A stretch of DNA of 64,000 bases, taken from IMG/VR virus record IMGVR_UViG_3300010885_072825, positions 1-64,000 of that record. One strand, given 5' to 3'. Every line of letters begins with the position of its first letter. Positions within the stretch are counted from its first letter, which is position 1. Of this stretch, positions 1-9,490 are shown piece by piece. Source of the DNA: a virus. The translations under genes and the position numbers were made by a program. Under the pieces are notes generated by a model, which saw only the letters and a program-made list of their open reading frames with translations, was not told the DNA's origin and searched no databases.

Positions 1-150
1 AATTACTGATTGAAACAGAACCACTTGTTACATTAACGTTGCCAACTACTGCTTGATTAGCTGGGAAATTACTGATTGAAACAGAACCACTTGTTACATT
101 AACGTTGCCAACTACTGCTTGATTAGCTGGGAAATTACTGATTGAAACAG
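1..150. repeat. 66-bp perfect tandem repeat (at least 2.3 copies) encoding SVSISNFPANQAVVGNVNVTSG
   Basis: aattactgattgaaacagaaccacttgttacattaacgttgccaactactgcttgattagctggga at 1-66 and 67-132, with a partial third copy. Confidence 0.95.
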
Positions 151-256
151 ATGATGCAATCCCACCTCCGCCACCAACAGCGTCGGTTCTTATAGTTACA
201 TTATTATTTGCGTCATAATATAATGCATTCTCTAATTTCTTGGGAGGAAGACTCAT
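1..256 (-). CDS. Virion/fibre-like protein with 22-aa repeats (runs off the window edge)
   Basis: Manually translated from ATG at 256: MSLPPKKLENALYYDANNNVTIRTDAVGGGGGIASSVSISNFPANQAVVGNVNVTSG..., open to position 1; not in the ORF track. Confidence 0.7.
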   Translation of the reverse strand, partial: MSLPPKKLENALYYDANNNVTIRTDAVGGGGGIASSVSISNFPANQAVVGNVNVTSGSVSISNFPANQAVVGNVNVTSGSVSISN

Positions 257-283
257 CTAAAATCCTATTTTCTTTATCTCTAT

Positions 284-1435
284 TTAGCTTATCCGTGTTA
301 CGGTGATATTATTACCAACTGTAATAACGTTTGAATCCAAGGCCGCTGCTGTCATACTATTGATGCTAGCAGGATTATATCTAACTGCTTTGGCACCAAC
401 TGAACTAATGGTGGGATCAAATGTCATTTGATTCTTCACAATAGTGCCGGTCATTGCTCGGGCTACTGCTCTTTTTATAGCCAAGTCATTCATTAAAACG
501 GTTCCTGAATCTGGTTCAGTAGATCTAGCTGTTGTTGATATTTGCTGTGGACCAGCAATTGTTACACTGAATTGCACCGTAGTCATCGTTGAACCACCGG
601 TATAACTACTACCAGTTTTATTAATTGCACCGATATATCCAATTGGTGCAATACCAGTTAACTCATTAACAACTTGATTCCAACGCATGTTGCCACGGGT
701 TAAATTAGTGCTTTGTGTTGCCGTAGTTGGAAAACCACCATAATTACCAACAGCAAATCCCAAATTACTGACTGCCGTTCCTTGGTTAATAGCCCAAGGT
801 TGTCCAGGTATTGTACTATACATTTGCAGGAATGGTCCTGCGGGGCATGCGCCAACACCAGTTTGGCTGGTATAAGAATTGATCTGTTTAGCAGCTAGCG
901 TTGTATTAGAGTTGTCAATTGTAAAAACAACATCCACACCATTGATGGTGACTACCGAATTGATACTTACATTGGTGAAAGTAGATCCAATTACGCTGGG
1001 ATAACAATTATATGAGCCTGCAACCAATCCCAGTTTAGAAAGTGCAGAACCCGTTCCTTCACCAATCCAAAATGACTGTCCTTCATAATTCCATCTATTT
1101 GATAGAGTCAAATAATTATTTGATACTCTTTGATCTGCAATAACTTTGGTATAATTACTAACTGTATTTATTTTAGTAATGATATTAGCTAATGTGTCAG
1201 TACTAGAAAAAACAACAGACACATTGTTTATTAATATGTTTTCACCAGTAGACATTACTGTCGTAGTAATTGCAGTGTTTCCAGTCACTGTAACGATTCG
1301 ATTATAATCCTGTGGACTAGCAGGGTCTAATCCACCTGCTTGGTCTCCAGTTAAACCGGAATAATCCGTTGGAGAATTTTGTGTCCAAGTTACTGAATAT
1401 ATTACTGGAGATTGATTGAAAGTAGTTTCGTTCAT
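284..1435 (-). CDS. Putative virion structural protein (Thr/Ser/Gly/Asn-rich, internal duplication)
   Basis: 383-aa ORF with two similar 'I.IN.V.VVF...LGL..G.Y' modules; late promoter GCATAAATA upstream at ~1464-1472. Confidence 0.6.
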   Translation of the reverse strand: MNETTFNQSPVIYSVTWTQNSPTDYSGLTGDQAGGLDPASPQDYNRIVTVTGNTAITTTVMSTGENILINNVSVVFSSTDTLANIITKINTVSNYTKVIADQRVSNNYLTLSNRWNYEGQSFWIGEGTGSALSKLGLVAGSYNCYPSVIGSTFTNVSINSVVTINGVDVVFTIDNSNTTLAAKQINSYTSQTGVGACPAGPFLQMYSTIPGQPWAINQGTAVSNLGFAVGNYGGFPTTATQSTNLTRGNMRWNQVVNELTGIAPIGYIGAINKTGSSYTGGSTMTTVQFSVTIAGPQQISTTARSTEPDSGTVLMNDLAIKRAVARAMTGTIVKNQMTFDPTISSVGAKAVRYNPASINSMTAAALDSNVITVGNNITVTRIS

Positions 1436-1491
1436 GAAAAAAGGCCTCGGTGAATGTTACATGTATTTATGCCATTCACCGAGATCTATTT

Positions 1492-2058
1492 TCAAACTCT
1501 GAATCTATGATGTCCTATTACACGACCACCAGCGCCAGATCTCGCACTTTCAAAATACATGTAGTGATTGATGGGGCCAGTCTTTAATAGATTGACGGCA
1601 ATTTCTTCTGCCATTTTTAAACTAGCATCATTTGCGGTCTTTAATTTGCGTCTACAATGATGTCGCCAAACAGCAAATTGACTGGGCTGTAGTACGACCG
1701 CTTTAATTGATTTGGGATATTTGGGATTCATTGTCCTATTTAAAATTACACTGCCCACATGCAACATTCCCAAACGACCTTCGCCACGAGCTTCTCCCCA
1801 AATAGTTCGGCTTAGGTAATAGATATTTTCTTCAGTTAGATCCATCCAAACAGAGTCAGTTGAGTCAGTTTTTTGATCTAAAACTAGGGTCTCTCTTTCC
1901 AAAAAATTTGTTTCAGAAAGATTAGTAAATCGAATGTTTTCTCTCAAATTAAAATTTGTTTTCTGAGTTAACATAGGTTCTGTTGTGAGTGTTTGAGTTT
2001 GAGCACCAGTTGCCAAAAAACAGAAAAACGCCAACATTACTGTTGTTAAAAACCTCAT
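1492..2058 (-). CDS. Cell wall hydrolase (SleB/Hydrolase_2 family)
   Basis: Signal peptide; LSRTIWGEARGE...VGSVILNR...YPKSIKAVVLQPSQF...IGHHRF motifs. Confidence 0.85.
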   Translation of the reverse strand: MRFLTTVMLAFFCFLATGAQTQTLTTEPMLTQKTNFNLRENIRFTNLSETNFLERETLVLDQKTDSTDSVWMDLTEENIYYLSRTIWGEARGEGRLGMLHVGSVILNRTMNPKYPKSIKAVVLQPSQFAVWRHHCRRKLKTANDASLKMAEEIAVNLLKTGPINHYMYFESARSGAGGRVIGHHRFRV

Positions 2059-2097
2059 TTTATTTCCTCTTGAATGCTATCAGATACGCCAACTTGG

Positions 2098-2200
2098 GGC
2101 TGATTTTGGAGATTGTGCAAGGCACGGATACTCAGTTGGGGTAAAGATTTTTATATAAAAATCAGTTGAATCTAGATAGTCTTGTTGCCTCCAATCAGCC
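2098..2200 (-). promoter_or_regulatory. Putative structured 5' leader of the cell wall hydrolase gene
   Basis: Minus-strand GGCTGATTGGAG pairs with CTCCAAAATCAGCC about 80 nt away; internal hairpin GATTTTTATATAAAAATC; lies between late promoter (~2212-2220) and RBS. Confidence 0.45.
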
Positions 2201-2284
2201 TTTACGAAAAATATTTATGCTCAGTTTATAGCATAAAACTACAAACTTATCAAGCATAAAATTTTCCTGTTTTAATTCAGTTAC

Positions 2285-2785
2285 TTAGAGTTCTTCGTTC
2301 CATTCACGGTGACCAGTTCGATAAGCCATGTTAGCTTCTGTTTCTCGAACTTCAACTCGAAAACACCAGACACGTTCTGATTCAGCTTTTCCGAAACTTG
2401 GAAGAAATTCTGTATTGACATATGTATATAGAAAGTCAGCTAATGCTTCACACCCTGTTTTTTCAACTTCAGTTACTTTGGCAATCTTTGCATCATGCAA
2501 TGCTATCAATAGATCCTTTTGGGGATCATCTGCGGCAACTAGGAGTCGATGATCGAACCATTCTTCCAACTGTGCTTTTAGTGGTCGCAAGGACCCATAA
2601 TCCTGAACCCAATTCCTAACATCTAATTCATCTGATTCAAAATAAAATTTAATGGTTAAAGCATATCCATGAACAATTGAACACTTTCCATTGTCTCGCC
2701 ATTGACGATATGCAACCGGAAATGCATCACGGTATTCTTTAGTACTAACGTATTTCTTTTCTATAGCTGGGTAACCCATTGTCAA
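2285..2785 (-). CDS. queD: 6-carboxy-tetrahydropterin synthase (QueD/PTPS family)
   Basis: C..VHGY, DYG.L, FDHRLLVAADDP, GCE..A and VEVRET motifs. Confidence 0.85.
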   Translation of the reverse strand: MTMGYPAIEKKYVSTKEYRDAFPVAYRQWRDNGKCSIVHGYALTIKFYFESDELDVRNWVQDYGSLRPLKAQLEEWFDHRLLVAADDPQKDLLIALHDAKIAKVTEVEKTGCEALADFLYTYVNTEFLPSFGKAESERVWCFRVEVRETEANMAYRTGHREWNEEL

Positions 2786-2841
2786 TCCTCGATCTTTTGA
2801 AAATTGTAGAATATTTTTTATTCAATATCAATAAATAGTTG

Positions 2842-5115
2842 ATGAAAATCTTAGACCTAATTGAAGATCGCCGGCCTGCTGACATAAATGATTGGTCTGA
2901 TTCACAGTTACTTGAATTTATATTTTCAAATTTGCAAAAAAATAAAAAATATCGGTCTTTAATTTCTTCTGATAGCTTGGATTATATTCGCAGCTTTTTA
3001 GAAAATGCTGATCATATATCTGAAGATGTCATGTTACAATCAGTTCAATTTGAACCACTGCTATTATATGTTTTCCGAAAATTCAATCCCAGTTTGAGAG
3101 TTCAACTAGCTGCGGTACAAGGTACTGGACGTGTGATTGGTAATATAAAATATCCTGCTCCACTGATTCAATGGGCTGCTTTTAATCAAGATCCTGGTGC
3201 TTTTTATCATATCCAACCTCCTGAATGCTGTATTCCTGAAATTAGAAAAATGCATGAAGAACGAACAAGTACATCAACGTTGACTGAAGCAACCAGCTAT
3301 GCAGAAATAGCTGAGTGTAATAGTTGGTCTGATGAAAAGGTTGTAAGATTTTTTAAAAAAGAAGCTAGAGAAATACTACGTGACCGGAAATTGGGATACT
3401 ATATTAATGGAACACCCAATTTGAAAGAATTCAGTGATACACGGCATCAAATAACCGCCGCGGTTTTTAAAAAATGTATAGAATTCGACCAATCAATTGC
3501 ATTATATAATTTTGCACGATTTATTCCGGCTGACAATATTTCATTACAACTACTCGCAGTACAATCCAATGGATTCACAATAAAACATTTTAACAACCCT
3601 TCTCCATTGGTTCAGTCTGCCGCATGTCGTTGTGAAAAATTTGCTATTAATTATATTAGGCCAATTGAATCAATTGATATTAATTTATTGAAAAAATACC
3701 GAGCTGAATTACAACGAGAACAAATAGCGTATTTAAATTCTATAGAAAACACGGACAAAGATACTTTGACTGAATCTTCTAAATTGCCCACCTCAGAAAA
3801 TTTGCAATATTGGTTGAGCAAATTTAACCCTATTGACTATATCAATCTTTGGCCGGATAATATTTTGATTGAATATTTCAAAACTCGGTATGCAACTCGT
3901 GCTGCAGAAATTTCATTTTATGATATATTTGAATATCGCAATACTTTGAGTGATCAAGTCATGTTGGAATTAATCAAATTAGAACCCGGTAATTATGATG
4001 TACTTAGAAAATTCCATCCCAGTTTAGAGGCACAAATAGAAACTTTAAAACGGAGCGGATTAAAGATATATTATATGAAGAATCCTCCACCACTCCTTCA
4101 AACAATAGCGTGTCTTCAAAATCACGATGCTATTAATTGGATTGACCCAATTGAATCAATCAATATATCACTACTGAAGAAATACAGATACATATTGGAC
4201 TCAGACCAACAAGCGTACTTGGAGTCTCTGGAAAAATTAACAGAGTCTGATGAATCCATTGACCTAGATGATCCGAATACATGGAGTGAAGAAGATCAAA
4301 ATGATTATTTAAGATCTTTTCCAGGAGCAATAAAAAAATTTAAAAATCCCAACAAACAAATTCAATTGGTGGCTGTTCGATACGATTCATGGGCATTACG
4401 CGATATTAAAGATCCAGACGAAGAAGTTCAATTAGCCGCCGTCACTGCTTATCCTATTAGCATCCGATATATCAAACATCCATCGCAAAAAGTCAAATTA
4501 GCTGCTGTTTCAAAAGATGGAATGTCTTTATTGCGCATAAACCCTGAAGAAAGAAATATAAATGTTCAACTAGCTGCGGTTATGCAAGATCCAGAAGTCA
4601 TTTATGAAATAGATAATCCAGTACCACTAGTTCAAACAGTTGCATTAAAAAAGACTCCCAAAGCAATTAATTGGATCCGACCTGAGTCAGCAATAGTTCC
4701 TGAACTACGAGAAAAATACAAAGATTATTTGTATGAATCATTGACTGAAGCCGCTTATGATGCAGATGATCCCAATAGCTGGACTGAAGAACAACAGATT
4801 GATTGGGTACGTCGAGAAGTTAGCCGAATTAAACACATCAAACATCCAAGCAAAGCTCTACAAATAGCTGCGGTCAAAGAAGACGGTTGGGCAATAAGTC
4901 AAATCGAACCCGAAAACCAGTGCATAGAAGCGCAATTGATTGTAGTCCGAGAAGACGGGCATGCTACTAGAATACGTTATATGCGAAATCCTCCTCCCAT
5001 GATTCAATGGGCAGCAATCAAAAACAACCCAAAAGTAATTAATTATATCAAACCACAAACATGTATAGATCCCAGTCTATTGAAGGAATATGGTCACCTG
5101 ATAAATAAACAGTGA
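2842..5115 (+). CDS. DUF4116-like repeat protein with five modules, probable internal head protein
   Basis: Repeated 'P...VQLAAV...G..I..I.NP' units; ATG at 2842 preferred over TTG at 2839. Confidence 0.65.
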   Translation: MKILDLIEDRRPADINDWSDSQLLEFIFSNLQKNKKYRSLISSDSLDYIRSFLENADHISEDVMLQSVQFEPLLLYVFRKFNPSLRVQLAAVQGTGRVIGNIKYPAPLIQWAAFNQDPGAFYHIQPPECCIPEIRKMHEERTSTSTLTEATSYAEIAECNSWSDEKVVRFFKKEAREILRDRKLGYYINGTPNLKEFSDTRHQITAAVFKKCIEFDQSIALYNFARFIPADNISLQLLAVQSNGFTIKHFNNPSPLVQSAACRCEKFAINYIRPIESIDINLLKKYRAELQREQIAYLNSIENTDKDTLTESSKLPTSENLQYWLSKFNPIDYINLWPDNILIEYFKTRYATRAAEISFYDIFEYRNTLSDQVMLELIKLEPGNYDVLRKFHPSLEAQIETLKRSGLKIYYMKNPPPLLQTIACLQNHDAINWIDPIESINISLLKKYRYILDSDQQAYLESLEKLTESDESIDLDDPNTWSEEDQNDYLRSFPGAIKKFKNPNKQIQLVAVRYDSWALRDIKDPDEEVQLAAVTAYPISIRYIKHPSQKVKLAAVSKDGMSLLRINPEERNINVQLAAVMQDPEVIYEIDNPVPLVQTVALKKTPKAINWIRPESAIVPELREKYKDYLYESLTEAAYDADDPNSWTEEQQIDWVRREVSRIKHIKHPSKALQIAAVKEDGWAISQIEPENQCIEAQLIVVREDGHATRIRYMRNPPPMIQWAAIKNNPKVINYIKPQTCIDPSLLKEYGHLINKQ

Positions 5116-5133
5116 GTTTCCGGAGATCACATC

Positions 5134-5457
5134 ATGTCTGAACCCATTATGCCAGTACCTACTATGGAAAAACCCAGCACAAGAAGTGAATGGACATTGG
5201 TCGCAGCATTACTCTGTCTGTGTTTATTTTCACTCGCAATGGTAGCTGCTCTTATTTTCAAAGACTGGAACACACCAGCAGGATCTCAAATTATTGACAT
5301 CTTGGGATGGGGTTTGAAATTGAGCGTGGGTGGCATTTTGCTTATAGTAGTTGCAATCAACAGTCCTTGGTATGGTGTGGTCAAAGCATCTGGATTCGGA
5401 GCTAATTTGGAAATCGATGGAAAAGACGCCAACCTACAAGTCGGTGATAAAACCTGA
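5134..5457 (+). CDS. Two-transmembrane membrane protein
   Basis: Two hydrophobic helices; GGAG RBS. Confidence 0.6.
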   Translation: MSEPIMPVPTMEKPSTRSEWTLVAALLCLCLFSLAMVAALIFKDWNTPAGSQIIDILGWGLKLSVGGILLIVVAINSPWYGVVKASGFGANLEIDGKDANLQVGDKT

Positions 5458-5776
5458 AGATCAAAGAGTCTGGGATGATTTCATTTCACGCGTGGATTGG
5501 AATGTAAATTACCAGATTCAACCAATACATCAACCTCCCAAAATAATTTTGGATCTTCATGGTCTGACTATTCAAGCAGCTTGGCAACAAACTATTGATT
5601 TTATCAAACTTCATAAAATTCACAAAACAAAGTCGGTAATCGTCGTGACTGGGAAAAGTGGGGAAATTTTTAAAGAATTTGTCACTTGGTCGAAACTCAA
5701 TCCACTGGTCAAAAAAATAGAACCCATACTGGACCGGAGTCAAGAAGTGGGTTCTTTTAGAGTTTATCTAAACTAG
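5417..5776 (+). CDS. Smr/MutS2 C-terminal domain endoribonuclease
   Basis: LDLHGLT..A...VIVVTGKSG...GSFRVYL; N-terminal PEDQRVW as in alphaproteobacterial Smr proteins; start uncertain. Confidence 0.85.
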   Translation: MEKTPTYKSVIKPEDQRVWDDFISRVDWNVNYQIQPIHQPPKIILDLHGLTIQAAWQQTIDFIKLHKIHKTKSVIVVTGKSGEIFKEFVTWSKLNPLVKKIEPILDRSQEVGSFRVYLN

Positions 5777-6276
5777 TCGTCTGCTAATTGTCGCAATAGA
5801 TAACCATTTGCTCGATCATTGACTTTTTGACAAGCTGCGACAAATTTTCCATTTGCAGACAACAACGCATCATAATGGCTTGCCATCAACATGTTGGGCA
5901 TGGCAATTAATCGAATTTTTATAATCCAATCAGAAACCGAATCAATTGATTCCAAGCCATTTCTCAAAACATAGGCAGCCATAGCTGTCGCAGTACTGCG
6001 ACTCATGCCAGCGTAACAATGGATCAGAACAACTTTGTTATCAGGAATCTCGCTAGCCCAATTTAAAATGTCTTGACAATTTTCAACTGTTGGGGCACCA
6101 ATCTTATCTTTATGTTCAGTATCCCAAAAGAAAAGTCTTTTGTGATTAATAGGAAGTACCCCGAATGGAGTCTCTAACTCATCACCCACATCCAAAATGG
6201 TCAGAAGATGACTGGGTCTGTATCTCCAAGCAAATGCTTCCACTTCATGTTTTCCACAGACCCAGATGGTCATCAT
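5773..6276 (-). CDS. Predicted protein-tyrosine/dual-specificity phosphatase
   Basis: LIHCYAGMSRST (CX5R) P-loop and PN..M motif. Confidence 0.85.
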   Translation of the reverse strand: MMTIWVCGKHEVEAFAWRYRPSHLLTILDVGDELETPFGVLPINHKRLFFWDTEHKDKIGAPTVENCQDILNWASEIPDNKVVLIHCYAGMSRSTATAMAAYVLRNGLESIDSVSDWIIKIRLIAMPNMLMASHYDALLSANGKFVAACQKVNDRANGYLLRQLADD

Positions 6277-6537
6277 TTAATTTCCTTGTCGATCAATAGT
6301 TTCAATTGCTGCAACAGCAAATGCAGCAGTCTTGACCATAGTGGCTCTATATGCTGCCACTGCTGGTTTGGTCCAGTTCTTAAAATCAACTGGTTGCAGC
6401 TTGCTGGTGGATTCTGAAAGATTGTTCCACCAGCTGGTTAGTGCGTTTTTCGTAGTAGTTGAAGCAGTGTTCCAAACAGTTTCCTGATTGGCACGTTCAA
6501 CTTCAATTTCCTTGTAGATTGAATCTCGATTAGTCAT
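6277..6537 (-). CDS. Small helical protein, paralog of 6557..6856
   Basis: MTNRDSIYKEIEVERANQ...YRATMVKTAAFAVAAIETIDRQ; GGAGAAG RBS before ATG at 6537. Confidence 0.65.
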   Translation of the reverse strand: MTNRDSIYKEIEVERANQETVWNTASTTTKNALTSWWNNLSESTSKLQPVDFKNWTKPAVAAYRATMVKTAAFAVAAIETIDRQGN

Positions 6538-6556
6538 AACTTCTTCTCCTGTGGTT

Positions 6557-6856
6557 TTATGCAGCTTGATCATCTTCATAGAATGCAGAATTTTCAGCAG
6601 CACGTTGGCGATCTAATGATTCTACTGCGGCAATAGCAATTGCAGCTGTCTTGATCATCGATACACGGAATGCATCAACTGTAGTTTTAGTAAACGGAGG
6701 AAATTCACCCTTCATCCACTTGGTTGAATAACTTGCAACATAGCTTACCCAATTGAAAGGGTTATTCTTGGCATCATCTGTTGATGTGCCCCAACGCGTA
6801 TCTTGATAAGCTCGTTCGGCCTCGATCTCTTTATAAATTTCTTGACGTGTCGTCAT
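6557..6856 (-). CDS. Small helical protein, possible all-alpha NTP pyrophosphohydrolase (MazG-like)
   Basis: IYKEIEAERAYQDTRWG...FRVSMIKTAAIAIAAVESLDR pattern. Confidence 0.55.
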   Translation of the reverse strand: MTTRQEIYKEIEAERAYQDTRWGTSTDDAKNNPFNWVSYVASYSTKWMKGEFPPFTKTTVDAFRVSMIKTAAIAIAAVESLDRQRAAENSAFYEDDQAA

Positions 6857-6903
6857 ATGTGTCTCCAGTTAAAAACATATGATAACTTATCAGAGATCAG
6901 AAG

Positions 6904-7644
6904 TCAATTATTTTTTCTAATAGTTCCAACTGGTATTGACAATATTTCTTTGCCCAATTTTTTTAATTCTGGATAGGCTTCAGGATTAGTTAATTTGTAG
7001 AACGCGCATGGAATTCTTCGCTGTACAGGACTTCTCAGACTCAAAGTGGTCCAAATAGCTGAATCTTCAATATAGAATATATCAAAAGTATCAACGGTCA
7101 AACGCAAAGCGTAGTTTTTAAAACTTTCCAAATTGGCTTTCAAAAAGTTGGGTGCAATACAAGCATAAGCAGGTCGATCTGATTCACCATTTAGAACTAT
7201 AACTGAAACAGGTCGAGTTGCAATATTCAAAACTGGATCCGTTTCAACTTCAGTTATTGGTATTTTAATGCCAGTTTTGTATTCTAATTCCAACTTCTTT
7301 CGACGAAATGCCGCCCCATGGTTGTCATCAAAATTCCCAACCACTGCCAACAAATAGACGTGAATCATTTCATGTAGTAAAACGGAATCCAATTGTTCAG
7401 CGGTCTTTTTGAAGATATTGGAAAATATCATAGTCATGCTGTTAGGAACCAACATATGTTTGTTATCTATTTTTATGGTGGAATAGTCTACTTTAGCACC
7501 AACGCCTTTGAGTGGTTTAAAATAAATTGGAATAACGGGCAATTGGTTATTGAATAAGGTTAGATTGAAATGGCGATATCGCTCCAGCATTTGTTTGGCC
7601 AGAGCGATATCAGAGTCTTTTTGTTTTATTTCCCAGAGTTTCAT
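6904..7644 (-). CDS. SprT-like zinc metalloprotease
   Basis: Y..FN..LF...LP, VLLHEMIH (HExxH) and HG..F motifs. Confidence 0.8.
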   Translation of the reverse strand: MKLWEIKQKDSDIALAKQMLERYRHFNLTLFNNQLPVIPIYFKPLKGVGAKVDYSTIKIDNKHMLVPNSMTMIFSNIFKKTAEQLDSVLLHEMIHVYLLAVVGNFDDNHGAAFRRKKLELEYKTGIKIPITEVETDPVLNIATRPVSVIVLNGESDRPAYACIAPNFLKANLESFKNYALRLTVDTFDIFYIEDSAIWTTLSLRSPVQRRIPCAFYKLTNPEAYPELKKLGKEILSIPVGTIRKNN

Positions 7645-7647
7645 CAA

Positions 7648-9090
7648 CTATTTATTGATTTGAATTTGTTGATATCTTTCTGAGCCAATCGTTTCCCACA
7701 TGACATCTGCAGGTGTAAATGTCTTACTTGCCAATATTGACTTCAACAAGCTAGGACTAAATCCAGAAACCAGGGCCGTTCCGTTTTGATCATATGTCAC
7801 AGGCACGTTTCCTTGTCCTGTTGAACGAGCATTCAAATTCCAAAAAATAATATTGGGCAATGAATAATTTGCCTGTTCAAACATATTCCTTGCCAGATCA
7901 AATACACCGATTGATTTACCATCACGGCATGCAGAATTGTATTCTTGGTCTGAAAAAATGATTAGTGATTTAGGCATCTGATCAGCTGGGATTTTATGAT
8001 TAACTGCCAGTTGCAAAATTGCTCTGAAAGCAGATTCAATATTCGTACTACCAGCCCATTCTGCATTAGACATACTGGCGTATTTGGTCAACAAATCACC
8101 GGCAGGAAGTTTCGCAATCTTACTGTCAGTTGTGAAAGTCAAATACAGACCGGCAAATGGACCCTGTTGCTTGGTCGCTAGATAGAGACCAAGGCTAACC
8201 GCAACATCCATACAAGTAAGATTTGGATTATCACCCACTGAACATGTCATGCTTCCGCTCACATCAACTAGTGGTAAAATGAAATCATCTCCCAAATAGT
8301 TGGGAAGTGCTTCCCATTGTGCATTAGCGACGACTCGATCACCACCCTGCTTCAAGCTCTTGATGATGTCATAGGGATAAACTGCACCTGCGTTGACTTT
8401 GGCAGTACCAGCAACCAAGCTAGCTCGGTAGGCAGCATATCGTTCACCATCACGCTTTGTGAAAGCCTTTTGATAACGAGCAGCCGCAACAGAAGGAACG
8501 TGACTATAATTGATAGATTCCCATTCTTTGGCTGACATCTTTTGTTCAACAGTATTGCTTGCACCAACGATCAATTGGCGATATGACTTGGGAGTCAAAT
8601 TCATGTATTTTCTGAGCGCATTGGCCACTGGACCTTTACGAGGACTCCACTTGCCTGCCAGCCCATCTGATTGACTCAAGGCCAGCGCAAACATTGAATA
8701 GGACATGTTTTGGAAACGAGTAGTTTGGAAAATTAGAAGATCATCCCAACGACCATAAGTTGGTACAAACGGAATCAACTTTTCCAGTTGATCAGGATGA
8801 GTCTGTTCAAGCCAAAGCAGGCCCTGCCGAAATAATTCTCGCTCTCCCGAACCACCACGAATATCTCGTGCCCAGAAAAGAATACGAGCTGCATTTTGAG
8901 GATCAGCCTGCCAAGCACGTTCCAGAGCTGTTCGAATTGGCTTACCACGAGAAGCACCAACGAAGAAAAAGAAATCAACCAGTGGATCCAAGCTACTGTT
9001 TAGAGTAGCCATGCCATTGGCAGTCAGTGACTGATTATTGCTGGCTTCTGGAACCAGACGAGTTTCAAGCGCGGCGGCAAATGCAGACAT
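7648..9090 (-). CDS. DUF2828 / vWA (TROVE/Ro60-like) protein
   Basis: T.NG..T..SS..PLVDFF, WARDIRGGSGER, YGRWDDL, KW.PR, VEQKM...W..INYSHVPS, vWA MIDAS DVSGSM, GSTN, IIFSD; start at 9090 after AAGGAAAC RBS. Confidence 0.85.
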   Translation of the reverse strand: MSAFAAALETRLVPEASNNQSLTANGMATLNSSLDPLVDFFFFVGASRGKPIRTALERAWQADPQNAARILFWARDIRGGSGERELFRQGLLWLEQTHPDQLEKLIPFVPTYGRWDDLLIFQTTRFQNMSYSMFALALSQSDGLAGKWSPRKGPVANALRKYMNLTPKSYRQLIVGASNTVEQKMSAKEWESINYSHVPSVAAARYQKAFTKRDGERYAAYRASLVAGTAKVNAGAVYPYDIIKSLKQGGDRVVANAQWEALPNYLGDDFILPLVDVSGSMTCSVGDNPNLTCMDVAVSLGLYLATKQQGPFAGLYLTFTTDSKIAKLPAGDLLTKYASMSNAEWAGSTNIESAFRAILQLAVNHKIPADQMPKSLIIFSDQEYNSACRDGKSIGVFDLARNMFEQANYSLPNIIFWNLNARSTGQGNVPVTYDQNGTALVSGFSPSLLKSILASKTFTPADVMWETIGSERYQQIQINK

Positions 9091-9112
9091 TGTAGTTTCC
9101 TTTTTGTTTGTT

Positions 9113-9191
9113 GAAAGATGACAACCATTTCTAGTTGTCATCCTAGGGGGCGTTTTTAGTCGTCCTCGCCACTCATTTTTTCTAAAATGAG
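9113..9191 (-). promoter_or_regulatory. Hairpins in the leader of the DUF2828 gene
   Basis: CTCATTTT-AGAA-AAAATGAG and GATGACAAC-TAGAAATG-GTTGTCATC stems just before the RBS. Confidence 0.45.
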
Positions 9192-9201
9192 AAACGTATC
9201 A

Positions 9202-9257
9202 CAGGCCGAACTTGTTTTCATTATGAGTGAAATTAAGTTTTTTGCGGAACTCGGCCT
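9202..9257 (-). ncRNA. Small hairpin RNA unit 1 with anticodon-loop mimic CUCAUAA (CAU)
   Basis: AGGCCGA-GTTCCGCAAAAAACTTAA-TTTCA-CTCATAA-TGAAA-ACAAGT-TCGGCCT-G. Confidence 0.7.
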
Positions 9258-9273
9258 TTTGAAATTTATAAAA

Positions 9274-9329
9274 CAGGACCAACTTGGTTTCATTAGCAGT
9301 GAAATTTGGTTAGTTGCGGAACTGGTCCT
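9274..9329 (-). ncRNA. Small hairpin RNA unit 2 with anticodon-loop mimic CUGCUAA (Ser GCU)
   Basis: AGGACCA-GTTCCGCAACTAACCAAA-TTTCA-CTGCTAA-TGAAA-CCAAGT-TGGTCCT-G; outer stem covaries with unit 1. Confidence 0.7.
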
Positions 9330-9490
9330 TCTAAAAATGTAGTGAACTACTGTTGTTCTAAAGAGCAACAGCTTCCTTCCGACGAAAGAATTGATTCCTG
9401 CTTCTGCGCTACATAACTAGATCCAACTAATGCCGGATCCCCGTCAGAGATAGCTCCACAGGCGTAAATTTCCGCAGTTCCTGCGGTATT
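9322..9490 (-). ncRNA. Predicted TnpB omega/reRNA with guide TACATTTTTAGAAGGACCAG
   Basis: Structured 3' end of tnpB (ACCGCAGGAACTGCGG hairpin, right-end hairpin, TCAC) followed by flanking sequence; boundaries approximate. Confidence 0.6.

Noticed and set aside
2098-2200. c-di-AMP or preQ1 riboswitch near the hydrolase and queD genes
   Set aside because: Consensus motifs of these riboswitches are not recognisable, and the element lies downstream of queD.
9202-9329. Repeats beside TnpB read as a mini-CRISPR array of a Cas12f-like system
   Set aside because: The units are not identical direct repeats, vary internally with compensatory pairing, and have only ~16-nt AT-rich linkers. TnpB has normal IS ends, and a third unit lies on the other side of the element.
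9156-9368. 70-aa ORF across the small-RNA units
   Set aside because: No RBS; it spans the IS right end, and its apparent peptide repeat simply reflects the RNA repeats.
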